This document shows positions 35,647 to 46,325 of a DNA stretch of 64,000 bases, piece after piece. The translations under genes and the position numbers were made by a program. Origin of the DNA: Flectonema sp. DT1601 (lineage: Eukaryota); contig OZ025805.1 in the NCBI GenBank assembly GCA_964019425.1, positions 310,001 through 374,000 on the forward strand, read 5' to 3'. Each line of letters begins with the position of its first letter. The first letter of the stretch is position 1. A model generated the notes under the pieces. That model was given only the letters and a program-made list of their open reading frames with translations. It had not been told where the DNA came from and did no database searches.

Positions 35647-36801
35647 ATGCAAGTTTTCGTGACGTGTCCTGATTGGGGACTCCCCGCAGTGACAGTGACG
35701 GCTGGTGCTGATTCGGTTGTGAGCGACGTGTTGACGGCGGCGGCTGAGGAATGGGATGTGGATCCGGATGAAGTTGAACTCTCGTTTGCTGGTGATACCC
35801 TTTGCGAAACTGATCGGCTGGCAGATCATGGAGTGGTTGCAGACAGCGAGTTGGAAATGTGGAAGAAGCAGTTTAGGATATTCGGTAAAAGCTGGTTTGT
35901 TGATGCAAAACGGGAGAAGCTGCTTCTTTGGATGAGAGACCACATTACGGAGTATTTATGTCTGGACACTGCCACATTCACAGAAGATGGTTGCCTCACT
36001 GTTGACGGTAAGCTGCTTCCTTCAGATGCCGGACAGATTGTTTTCCGCAATTCAAATTCCAACAGCACAGCCATGTCATCAGTTACCACTATCGGAGATA
36101 AGTTCTTGTCTTCCTGTTCAGAAATCAATTCTCTTGACCTTTCAGGTCTAAGTAGTGTCACCGCTATTGGAGATAAATTCTTATATTTCTGTTCAGAAAT
36201 CACTTCTGTAAACCTTCCAGATCTCAGTAGTGTCACCACTATTGGAGATAAATTCTTATTTTATTGTTCAGCGATCACTTCTGCTGACCTTTCGGGTCTA
36301 AGTAGTGTTACTGTTGTTGGAGATTTGTTCTTGTGTTCCTGTTCACAAATCACTATTCTAGACCTTTCTAGTCTTCATAGTGTCACCACTATTGGTCGTG
36401 GTTTCTTGTTTTCCTGTAAATTTACTTCTCTTGACCTTTCGGGTCTTACAAGTGTTACCACAATTGGAAATTCTTTTTTGTGGGACTGTCAACAAATTAC
36501 TTCTCTTGACCTTTCAGGTCTTTCTAATGTCACCGATATTGGAGGTCAATTCTTATATCATTGTTCAAGGATCACTTCTGTTGACCTTTCGAGTTTAAGT
36601 AGTGTTACTGTTATTGGAGATTATTTCTTGTTTTCCTGTAAACAAATTGCTGCTCTTGACCTTTCAGGTCTTAGTAGTGTCACCACTATTGGTTATGACT
36701 TTCTCAGTGAATGCGACTCTCTTGAATCTGTGCAGCTTCCTGAAAGTAATAGCGCTCTCTTTGAGGAGTCTGTGAAAGCAGCGATTGATCATTCAGGATA
36801 A
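35647..36801 (+). CDS. Ubiquitin-like + BspA-type LRR protein, copy 2 (9 repeats)
   Basis: Paralog of copy 1 with an intact 384-aa ORF. Confidence 0.88.
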   Translation: MQVFVTCPDWGLPAVTVTAGADSVVSDVLTAAAEEWDVDPDEVELSFAGDTLCETDRLADHGVVADSELEMWKKQFRIFGKSWFVDAKREKLLLWMRDHITEYLCLDTATFTEDGCLTVDGKLLPSDAGQIVFRNSNSNSTAMSSVTTIGDKFLSSCSEINSLDLSGLSSVTAIGDKFLYFCSEITSVNLPDLSSVTTIGDKFLFYCSAITSADLSGLSSVTVVGDLFLCSCSQITILDLSSLHSVTTIGRGFLFSCKFTSLDLSGLTSVTTIGNSFLWDCQQITSLDLSGLSNVTDIGGQFLYHCSRITSVDLSSLSSVTVIGDYFLFSCKQIAALDLSGLSSVTTIGYDFLSECDSLESVQLPESNSALFEESVKAAIDHSG

Positions 36802-37676
36802 AGTGGTGAGTTGATTCTTAAAGTTTTGTTTTTTGTTATTTTTGTTTTATTAATTACTTGACCTTCGTGTACATTCTGACTAAAATATGAAAACTTCTTA
36901 TCAAAGATTACGGAATAAGAACAATCATCGATTTGAGAACTACTTTAAAAGGTATTACGGTCACATAAAAGAAGGGAAAGAAAGGTAAGAATAGAAAATA
37001 ATAATTAAAATATGAATCTGTCAGAATATTTGAAAAAGTAAATAAGTCAAAAAAAATGCTCCACAAGGCCGTGACCGTGGTATACGTTTCTCCAAACTTT
37101 TGGTTGGAAATGTAAGTTTTCCCTTAATAAAAAGTTCATTGTGACGATAACAACCCCATTTTTATTTTCCTTTTTAATACTTTCTTAATATTTTATTGCA
37201 TGGCATTTACTCCAGATCGAAGTTATTATTATTTTTAAAACAGCGACGCGGATGTAAATTATTTGAGACAGAGGCTATCTGGAGTTCTACATTTTATATT
37301 TTACTCTAACTTCTGACTTCTTAAGGAAAATAAATACATGAAGTAGAAATGTAAGGAAGTACAGTATTGATGTATGTGTTTGAACTGTTCAATAATCAGA
37401 AAGACTCACAAGCAGCGATTCGTACTCCTGTTTTTCGTTTGAAATCAATGAATAATGTAAACCTTGTGCTGAATGAGTCACATCCTTGTAGTGTTCACTT
37501 TTATTCATTCAGGTCACTGAAATAGATGAATCCTTTAGTAAAACAGTATTCATACCCCTTTGAGGGAATGTAATTACATGTCGCATCCTCGTAGTATTCG
37601 ATACCCAGATGTCACTTGTACAAGTTCTTTCTAACAGAACCTTTCCCACCTCACAGCAAATTATTTAAAAAAGACA

Positions 37677-38831
37677 ATGCAAGTTTTCGTGACGTGTCCT
37701 GATTGGGGACTCCCCGCAGTGACAGTGACGGCTGGTGCTGATTCGGTTGTGAGCGACGTGTTGACGGCGGCGGCTGAGGAATGGGATGTGGATCCGGATG
37801 AAGTTGAACTCTCGTTTGCTGGTGATACCCTTTGCGAAACTGATCGGCTGGCAGATCATGGAGTGGTTGCAGACAGCGAGTTGGAAATGTGGAAGAAGCA
37901 GTTTAGGATATTCGGTAAAAGCTGGTTTGTTGATGCAAAACGGGAGAAGCTGCTTCTTTGGATGAGAGACCACATTACGGAGTATTTATGTCTGGACACT
38001 GCCACATTCACAGAAGATGGTTGCCTCACTGTTGACGGTAAGCTGCTTCCTTCAGATGCCGGACAGATTGTTTTCCGCAATTCAAATTCCAACAGCACAG
38101 CCATGTCATCAGTTACCACTATCGGAGATAAGTTCTTGTCTTCCTGTTCAGAAATCAATTCTCTTGACCTTTCAGGTCTAAGTAGTGTCACCGCTATTGG
38201 AGATAAATTCTTATATTTCTGTTCAGAAATCACTTCTGTAAACCTTCCAGATCTCAGTAGTGTCACCACTATTGGAGATAAATTCTTATTTTATTGTTCA
38301 GCGATCACTTCTGCTGACCTTTCGGGTCTAAGTAGTGTTACTGTTGTTGGAGATTTGTTCTTGTGTTCCTGTTCACAAATCACTATTCTAGACCTTTCTA
38401 GTCTTCATAGTGTCACCACTATTGGTCGTGGTTTCTTGTTTTCCTGTAAATTTACTTCTCTTGACCTTTCGGGTCTTACAAGTGTTACCACAATTGGAAA
38501 TTCTTTTTTGTGGGACTGTCAACAAATTACTTCTCTTGACCTTTCAGGTCTTTCTAATGTCACCGATATTGGAGGTCAATTCTTATATCATTGTTCAAGG
38601 ATCACTTCTGTTGACCTTTCGAGTTTAAGTAGTGTTACTGTTATTGGAGATTATTTCTTGTTTTCCTGTAAACAAATTGCTGCTCTTGACCTTTCAGGTC
38701 TTAGTAGTGTCACCACTATTGGTTATGACTTTCTCAGTGAATGCGACTCTCTTGAATCTGTGCAGCTTCCTGAAAGTAATAGCGCTCTCTTTGAGGAGTC
38801 TGTGAAAGCAGCGATTGATCATTCAGGATAA
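37677..38831 (+). CDS. Ubiquitin-like + BspA-type LRR protein, copy 3 (9 repeats, protein identical to copy 2)
   Basis: Same translation as 35647-36801, offset by 2030 bp. Confidence 0.85.
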   Translation: MQVFVTCPDWGLPAVTVTAGADSVVSDVLTAAAEEWDVDPDEVELSFAGDTLCETDRLADHGVVADSELEMWKKQFRIFGKSWFVDAKREKLLLWMRDHITEYLCLDTATFTEDGCLTVDGKLLPSDAGQIVFRNSNSNSTAMSSVTTIGDKFLSSCSEINSLDLSGLSSVTAIGDKFLYFCSEITSVNLPDLSSVTTIGDKFLFYCSAITSADLSGLSSVTVVGDLFLCSCSQITILDLSSLHSVTTIGRGFLFSCKFTSLDLSGLTSVTTIGNSFLWDCQQITSLDLSGLSNVTDIGGQFLYHCSRITSVDLSSLSSVTVIGDYFLFSCKQIAALDLSGLSSVTTIGYDFLSECDSLESVQLPESNSALFEESVKAAIDHSG

Positions 38832-39706
38832 AGTGGTGAGTTGATTCTTAAAGTTTTGTTTTTTGTTATTTTTGTTTTATTAATTACTTGACCTTCGTGT
38901 ACATTCTGACTAAAATATGAAAACTTCTTATCAAAGATTACGGAATAAGAACAATCATCGATTTGAGAACTACTTTAAAAGGTATTACGGTCACATAAAA
39001 GAAGGGAAAGAAAGGTAAGAATAGAAAATAATAATTAAAATATGAATCTGTCAGAATATTTGAAAAAGTAAATAAGTCAAAAAAAATGCTCCACAAGGCC
39101 GTGACCGTGGTATACGTTTCTCCAAACTTTTGGTTGGAAATGTAAGTTTTCCCTTAATAAAAAGTTCATTGTGACGATAACAACCCCATTTTTATTTTCC
39201 TTTTTAATACTTTCTTAATATTTTATTGCATGGCATTTACTCCAGATCGAAGTTATTATTATTTTTAAAACAGCGACGCGGATGTAAATTATTTGAGACA
39301 GAGGCTATCTGGAGTTCTACATTTTATATTTTACTCTAACTTCTGACTTCTTAAGGAAAATAAATACATGAAGTAGAAATGTAAGGAAGTACAGTATTGA
39401 TGTATGTGTTTGAACTGTTCAATAATCAGAAAGACTCACAAGCAGCGATTCGTACTCCTGTTTTTCGTTTGAAATCAATGAATAATGTAAACCTTGTGCT
39501 GAATGAGTCACATCCTTGTAGTGTTCACTTTTATTCATTCAGGTCACTGAAACAGATGAATCCTTTAGTAAAACAGTATTCATACCCCTTTGAGGGAATG
39601 TAATTACATGTCGCATCCTCGTAGTATTCGATACCCAGATGTCACTTGTACGAGTTCTTTCTAACAGAACCTTTCCCACCTCACAGCAAATTATTTAAAA
39701 AAGACA

Positions 39707-40864
39707 ATGCAAGTTTTTGTGACGTGTCCTGATTGGGGACTCCCCGCAGTGACAGTGACGGCTGGTGCTGATTCGGTTGTGAGCGACGTGTTGACAGAGG
39801 CTGCTGAGGAGTGGGATGTGGATCCGGATGAAGTTGAACTCTCGTTTGCTGGTGATACCCTTTGCGAAACTGATCGGCTGGCAGATCATGGAGTGGTTGC
39901 AGACAGCGAGTTTGAAATGTGGACGAAGCAGTTTAGGATATTCGGTAAAAGCTGGTTTGTTGATGATGCAAAACGGGAAAAGCTGCTTCTTTGGATGAGT
40001 GACCACATTACGGAGTATTTATGTCTGGACACTCCGACATTCACAGAAGATGGTTGCCTCACTTTTGACGGTTACCTGCTTCCTTTAGATGCCAAACAGG
40101 TTGCTTTCCGCAATTCAAATTCCAACAACACAGACATCTCACTGGTTACTACTATCGGAGATAATTTCTTCTTTCATTGTTCACAAATCACTTCTCTTGA
40201 CCTTTCAGGTCTTCATAGTGTCACCACAATAGGAATTCAATTCTTGTCCTGTTTACTAATCACTTCTCTTGACCTTTCAGGCCTTAGTAGTGTCACTACT
40301 ATTGGTGATTATTTCTTGTCTAACTGTTCACAAATCACTTCTGTAAACTTTTCAGGTCTTAGTAGTGTCACCACTATTGGTGATCATTTCTTGTCTAGCT
40401 GTTTACAAATTACTATTCTTGACCTTTCAAGTATCAGTAGTGTCACTACTATTGGTGATTATTTCTTGTCTAACTGTGAACAAATTACTTCTCTTGACCT
40501 TCCAGATCTAAGTAGTGTCACTTTTATTGGGAATGATTTCTTATATTCTTGTGAGCAAATCACGTCTCTTGACCTTGCAGGTCTTAGTGGTGTCACCACT
40601 ATTGGTGATCGTTTCTTATATTTCTGTGAACAAATAACTTCTCTTGACCTTTCAGGTCTTAGTCGTGTCACTACTATTGGTGATAATTTCTTGTCTTGCT
40701 GTGAACAAATCACTTCTCTTGACCTTTCAGGTCTTAGTAGTGTCACCACTATTGGTGATCACTTTCTCGATGAATGTGACTCTCTTGAATCTGTCCAGCT
40801 GCCTGAAAGTAATAGCGCTCTCTTTGAGAAGTCTGTGAAAGCAGCGATTGATCATTCAGGATAA
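39707..40864 (+). CDS. Ubiquitin-like + BspA-type LRR protein, copy 4 (9 repeats)
   Basis: Intact 385-aa paralog. Confidence 0.88.
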   Translation: MQVFVTCPDWGLPAVTVTAGADSVVSDVLTEAAEEWDVDPDEVELSFAGDTLCETDRLADHGVVADSEFEMWTKQFRIFGKSWFVDDAKREKLLLWMSDHITEYLCLDTPTFTEDGCLTFDGYLLPLDAKQVAFRNSNSNNTDISLVTTIGDNFFFHCSQITSLDLSGLHSVTTIGIQFLSCLLITSLDLSGLSSVTTIGDYFLSNCSQITSVNFSGLSSVTTIGDHFLSSCLQITILDLSSISSVTTIGDYFLSNCEQITSLDLPDLSSVTFIGNDFLYSCEQITSLDLAGLSGVTTIGDRFLYFCEQITSLDLSGLSRVTTIGDNFLSCCEQITSLDLSGLSSVTTIGDHFLDECDSLESVQLPESNSALFEKSVKAAIDHSG

Positions 40865-42027
40865 AGTGGTGAATTGATTCTTAAATTTTTGCTTTTTATT
40901 ATTTTTGTTTTATTAATTATTTGACCCTAAAAATCTTTCTGTGGCAAGGATTTTATTACTTGTGGAAGAACTCGCGAGTTTGAAAGAAAATCTCCAAATC
41001 CGCGAGAATATTATAAAAAAGAAAAATATATTTCAGATAACACCTCAAGAAGGCTATTAACAATCTTAATAGTCATCTTATTGAGTTATCTGACAATCTG
41101 TTATTGTTCAAGTTTCCGCTTCGGGGTGTTTTTGTGAGGAAGAAATTAGTCGCGCAGATCGAAAGGAAGACAAGTTTCTCACTTCTGCGCTCTGATGTGA
41201 AGAACCATGTTATGGAAGTTATTGATATTTCATATAAAACTACCGACTTAAATATTGTTATAGACGACCTTTCTATAGTAGATGCACTGATCAATCCTGA
41301 CTGGTCAGAATCAAAGCTTTCTAAATTTCTATCTCGGTTAAGTCTCCTCCTGCGGTGAAATCCCCTTTTGGTAGATGAAGAACGTTTCTTTCCTTTAGTA
41401 TAATTGTCTTATTTTATTTTATTTTATTTTATTAGTATCATTTCTCTTTCTTATCATTACTTTATTTTTTATTTTCTGATCTAATGTGGCGTGTTCTCCC
41501 TCTATCGATTTTTCCCTTTTTCAGACTCTGCTCCCACTCCTCTTCCTCGAACTACTACTTTAAAACATAACCCCTCACGCAGAAGTAATCTGCACCCCTT
41601 CATAGTGTAAATACTTGTTTAGTTGGATACAATTCTGGTGTTTGTCTTTGCCTTCAATCTTAACATATACTTCTTTCTCAGGTGCATATAAGTGATGGAA
41701 AGCGCAAATTACTCATTTCCTCCTCATTTCAGCGACACAGACAACATGCAGACTTGCTAAGTTAGAATCTTCAAATTAACTTCCCGACCTCCGTAATCCC
41801 AATGGTCTTGTTCTGTGATTGTATGTTTACCAAAGATATGCCAGGACAATATACCGACCCTGTACATATCGCCGATGGTGAAGATACCGCCATTACCAGT
41901 ACTTCTATCACCAGTGTTACCAAGACCATCAATAATTCCAATGACAATACCAATAACGATACCGAAGATAATAAAAATGGAACCTTCGGTAATGCAAAAA
42001 ATTATATCGCTACCATCAAATAGTTTT

Positions 42028-42310
42028 CAGAAGACGCAAGTCATTGCAAATGATGCACTTACGGTAGCCCCACCGGCAATCCCGACATTGATGCCAGCAA
42101 CGATTTCAAAGGAAGCACAATCGACACCATCAACAGTACTTCAAAAGAAGACGCAAGTCATTGCAAATGATGCACTTACAATGGCCCCACCGGCAATCCC
42201 GACATTGATGCCAGCAACGATTTCAAATGTTTCACAATTGGCACCGCCGACTGTACTTCAAAAGAAGACACAAGTCATTGCTAATGATGCACTTACAAAG
42301 GCCCCGCCAA
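42028..42310 (+). repeat. 117-bp tandem repeat (about 2.4 units) within a short Pro/Thr/Ala-rich ORF, probably a gene relic
   Basis: AAGAC(G/A)CAAGTCATTGC recurs at 42031, 42148 and 42265, giving a 39-aa period in ORF 41815-42318. Confidence 0.8.
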
Positions 42311-43391
42311 TGAAATAGTTGTCAAAACATTGGTTCGACGTGCTGAGAATGTTCTTCTGAGTCACGTGTCACCATCACCAACTACACCCTCGTGTAAATC
42401 AGGAAACCGGAGCCTCACTCAGAATATCACCGAATGGTGGATGTCTGAGGCATCAGAACCAGACGAGTCATGCAAAGAACGCTGGATAATAAGAGACGGG
42501 GAAATAATTAAAGTCTTTAGGAGGTATCCGGAATTCGGAAAAAACTTTGTGCGGAATTAGGGGTTTTCCCTTTTATTTCTTGTTGTTTTTACAAAACTTT
42601 TTTGGGTGGTGTACAACAGAGAAAATTAAAGTTCCGGGGACCCAACGGAGAATTATAAATTATCGCGAAGGACAGTATTTGGGTTGACTTTCTTTCGAAG
42701 CTCACACTCTTGAATGTACCGCGTCATTTATGATATGCAGTACGAGAGAGGACACTTTAGTTATATTGGTAAGCCCCAGGCATGATTCAATGTAAGGATC
42801 GTATTTATATAATTGTTGCCGCCTGGCGTTTGGAACACAACATCCACACATTCTTTACACAGCAGCCATATATTAACAGCCCCTTACTCAAAAAAGAAGG
42901 CAACAATGCAAGTTTTTGTGACGTGTCCTGGTTGGAGACTCCCTGCAGTGACAGTGACGGCTGGTGCTGATTCAGTTGTGAACGACGTGTTGACGGCGGC
43001 GGCTGGGGAGTGGGATGTGGATCCGGATGAAGTTGAACTCTCGTTTGCTTGTGATACCCTTTGCGAAACTGATCGGCTGGCAGATCATAGAGTGGTTGCA
43101 GACAGCGAGTTGGAAATGTGGAAGAAGCAGTTTAGGATATTCGATAAAAGCTGGTTTGTTGATGATGCAAAACGGGAGAAGCTGCTTCTTTGGATGAGAG
43201 ACCACATTACGGAGTACTTATATCTGGACACCCCGACATTCACAGAAGATGGTTGCCTCACTGTTGACGGTGAGCTGCTTCCTTCAGATGCCGAACAGAT
43301 TGCTTTCCGCAATTTAAATTCCAACAACACAAACATCTCACTGGTTACTACTATCGGAGATAAATTCTTGTTTCGTTGTTCACAAATTACT

Positions 43392-46325
43392 AGGGATCAC
43401 GACACCTGCCTCCTCGCGGCGGTCCCGGACGACTTCGATAGGGGTCGACAAGACGGTGTCAAACACAAGAGATGCCAACACCATCAACACCAACCACCAC
43501 ATCCAGAGCATCCACACACTGGATGTTTCCTATCAAAGAAAGAAAGAAACAAACTGGCCCATGCCTTGAATGGCAATGGTGGAACAAGGAAGGACAGCAG
43601 AGACCGACGCCCGCGGGACGACACTCGCGACAGGGACGAGGACCGCACGGACAAGGAAGAACGCCGGCTGGCGAAACTCGAGAAGGAAAAACTCGAGTCG
43701 CTAGACGAAATCGAGGAAGAGAAGCAGCGGCTGGGGCAACAGAGAATGGCCATGGAACAGCACCACCACCAGAAGGAAACCAACCTTCAAGGACAAGAAA
43801 AACAGTTGGAACAGCAACGCCAACACCAACAACAAGAACTGCAAAGTCAGTACCACCAACAACAGCAGCAACTGCAAAGCCACCATCAGCTGAAGGAAAC
43901 GGAAAGTCTCCAGAAGGAGCAAAACCTACAGGCTCAACTCAAAGAGCAACATCAGCACCAACAGAAGGAATTGGAGAAGCAATACCGCCAACGACAACAG
44001 CAACTGGAAAGCCAGCAGCAGAAGAAGGACGCCGAGTCTGAACAGCAAACGCATCTGACTCGGTCACAACTACAGAAGGAAAAGGAATCCTTCCAGACGG
44101 AGAAGGAACGGCTCCACCTCCAGCTGGATCAGCAGCTAAAGAACGAGAAGGAGCACCTCCACCGAAAGCTCAAGGAGCAGATTGGACAGGAAAAAGTCCA
44201 ACAACAACAAAAGCTCCAACAGAAGGAAGAAGAAATTCAACGGCGTGAGGAAGAGGTGAACCGAGGACAGCACCAACTACACCAACAGCAGCAACAACTA
44301 GAGCAGCAGCAACAGCAATCGCAACATCAGCAACTGGAACTACAACAACAACGGCAACAACAACAACAACAGCATCAACAACTGGAACTGGAACAACAAC
44401 AACTACAACAGCAACTGCAACTGCAACAACATCGACAACCGCAACAACAACCGCAACAGCAACCCGTACACTACATGCAACATCAACCGTATGCAACGTA
44501 CGACACCTACGCCCAGCAGCAGCAGTCTTCCCACTACGAAGGACTACAACAGGAACTGAAGCGCGAGAGAGAGGAGAAAAGCGAACTACGCGAGATGCTC
44601 CGAACTCTCCAACAACAACTGGACGGATTGAGAGAAGAACTCAAGGCCCAACATGCTGAGGCGAAGAGGCAGCAGGAAACGGCGGGACGGGAAGCGAGAG
44701 AGATGCAAGAACGTTTCTTGCTAGAACTCGAAGCGGAACGGGTCCAGATCAGAGGACTCAACTCGCTGAGAGAAGAGGAAGAGGAACCTCAGATGGACAC
44801 CACCCCTGATCAGGAAGTAAACACGGAAGTGAAGCAAACGCCACCGGTGAAGCTGCCCCAAGACGGTATGAGGGAGCTGGACGCCTCACGCAAGAAGCTG
44901 ATGAAAGAAATCAATGAAGGGCAGGTAGCCGGACGATCGGCCATCCAAGAGCAGATGGTCCGAGAGGCCGGGAGACTGGCGCAGACTCAGAAGAGCTGGG
45001 AGAACGCAGCACGCAAGGAGCGATCCAGGGTGGATAACCTCTCGCTGGCACCGGAATACTGGCCAGAGGGAATGGCGATCACGAAGGAGCAGTACGACGC
45101 CGGTGCAAAGGGAGTACACCTCACCACCAGAGAGGAGGCAAGGAAGAGGATGTCGGGAACACCTCCGGGAGCCTGGGAAACGTTATCCCTAGTAACCCTG
45201 GAACCACCATCAGACACGGCGCAGAAAGTACAGGTAGTACTTAAGGAGACGACGAGCGACGGCGAGAAGAGAATTCTCAAGCAGCTCTGGATGACAACAC
45301 TGGGAAGGGTGGTTGTACCATCCGGAACAGACGTCGTGCGGACGGAAAGCACGAGGGAGATGGTTGTCCGGGTGGACAAAAAATGGTCCGGAGAGAAGAG
45401 ATGGTCGGAAGTGAAGCGCTCCCCGTTCAGAGCAACGGAGGAATTGAAGAAGATGCCGGGGTATGTCGATACGTACAACCCGCGGATCGGAGACCAGAGC
45501 GTCACGGTGATGCTCAGGGTGAAGGTAGCCGAAGTGAAGAACTTCCTCCGAGAATCGGGGAAGGACGGCGTCTTCACCAAGGAAAAGGATCCGAGAGAGG
45601 AACGAGCAGTGAAGGCAGCGGTCATTTGGCTACCGAAGGACGAGACGCTCGGAATCGCTCGGGACAAGGCTGTAGAAGTCGATGGAGGGCTGGGACTCGT
45701 GGTAAACGAACACGGACTTGGGCTTCGAGTGACCAGCTGGCAGGAAACGGCGGCGAGGGAGAAACTGCACCTGCCGGCTAAGCTACCGGAAACAAAGATC
45801 ACGGGGATCCCGATCGGCACAACCACCGACGAAGCGATCAAGTGGCTGATCACGAAGGAAGGCTGGGAAGTGAGGAAGACGAAGGAAGGCGTACGGAACG
45901 GCATGCGATGGATGGTCGTCCGCGGTCCGGTGAGAACGCAGGAAACCATCACGGTGGATGGCGTCCTGTGCATGGTGGAGGCTGGGAAACAGAAGGTGGA
46001 AGTCGACCCGAAACGGAAGGAGACCAAACGCCCGAATGCGACACCGACAAAACCGGAGAAAAGGCGTGACCCGACGGAGGGAACGGGAGGAAAGTGGTAC
46101 ACTCGATTGGAGTTCATCGAGTTTCATGGGAAGAAGAAGGGACAACGCCTATGGTTAGAAGCCAGCAACCCAACACCAACTACGACGGCACCTACGAAGG
46201 CAGCGACCGCAACGACAACAGCGAGAAAGGAGCCCAAGTCGACAAAAAAGAAGGAGAACAGCTCAGTGGACGAGAGATTGGACCGACTGGAACGTCTACT
46301 GATGGCGTTCATGGAACGGAATTGA
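43392..46325 (+). CDS. Retrotransposon ORF1 (Q/E-rich coiled coil plus C-terminal globular region); true start unknown
   Basis: Element-derived part of ORF 42813-46325, in frame with the upstream UBL-LRR fragment. The first in-frame Met inside the element is near 43746. Confidence 0.8.
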   Translation, partial: RDHDTCLLAAVPDDFDRGRQDGVKHKRCQHHQHQPPHPEHPHTGCFLSKKERNKLAHALNGNGGTRKDSRDRRPRDDTRDRDEDRTDKEERRLAKLEKEKLESLDEIEEEKQRLGQQRMAMEQHHHQKETNLQGQEKQLEQQRQHQQQELQSQYHQQQQQLQSHHQLKETESLQKEQNLQAQLKEQHQHQQKELEKQYRQRQQQLESQQQKKDAESEQQTHLTRSQLQKEKESFQTEKERLHLQLDQQLKNEKEHLHRKLKEQIGQEKVQQQQKLQQKEEEIQRREEEVNRGQHQLHQQQQQLEQQQQQSQHQQLELQQQRQQQQQQHQQLELEQQQLQQQLQLQQHRQPQQQPQQQPVHYMQHQPYATYDTYAQQQQSSHYEGLQQELKREREEKSELREMLRTLQQQLDGLREELKAQHAEAKRQQETAGREAREMQERFLLELEAERVQIRGLNSLREEEEEPQMDTTPDQEVNTEVKQTPPVKLPQDGMRELDASRKKLMKEINEGQVAGRSAIQEQMVREAGRLAQTQKSWENAARKERSRVDNLSLAPEYWPEGMAITKEQYDAGAKGVHLTTREEARKRMSGTPPGAWETLSLVTLEPPSDTAQKVQVVLKETTSDGEKRILKQLWMTTLGRVVVPSGTDVVRTESTREMVVRVDKKWSGEKRWSEVKRSPFRATEELKKMPGYVDTYNPRIGDQSVTVMLRVKVAEVKNFLRESGKDGVFTKEKDPREERAVKAAVIWLPKDETLGIARDKAVEVDGGLGLVVNEHGLGLRVTSWQETAAREKLHLPAKLPETKITGIPIGTTTDEAIKWLITKEGWEVRKTKEGVRNGMRWMVVRGPVRTQETITVDGVLCMVEAGKQKVEVDPKRKETKRPNATPTKPEKRRDPTEGTGGKWYTRLEFIEFHGKKKGQRLWLEASNPTPTTTAPTKAATATTTARKEPKSTKKKENSSVDERLDRLERLLMAFMERN
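43393..43460 (+). ncRNA. HDV-like self-cleaving ribozyme at the LINE 5' end
   Basis: P1 GGGAUC/GGUCCC, P2 GACACC/GGUGUC, P3 GCC/GGC, L3 UCCUCGC, P1.1 GG, P4 CGACUUC-GAUA-GGGGUCG, J4/2 ACAAGA with candidate catalytic C43449. Confidence 0.8.

Larger units (their letters stand above)
35020..39706 (+). repeat. Recent tandem duplication with a 2030-bp period (upstream block + gene + spacer)
   Basis: Gene starts at 35647, 37677 and 39707 are 2030 bp apart; the copy 2 and copy 3 units are essentially identical. Confidence 0.9.

Noticed and set aside
31965..41000. Short antisense and alternate-frame ORFs over the LRR genes, and the repeated 68-aa upstream ORF (31681, 39397, 55182, 59105)
   Set aside because: By-products of repeated sequence; the 68-aa ORF is broken by a stop in the copies before genes 2 and 3.
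42813..46325. The 1170-aa ORF as one ordinary gene
   Set aside because: It is a chimera of UBL-LRR copy 5 (ATG 42906) and retrotransposon ORF1, joined at 43391/43393.
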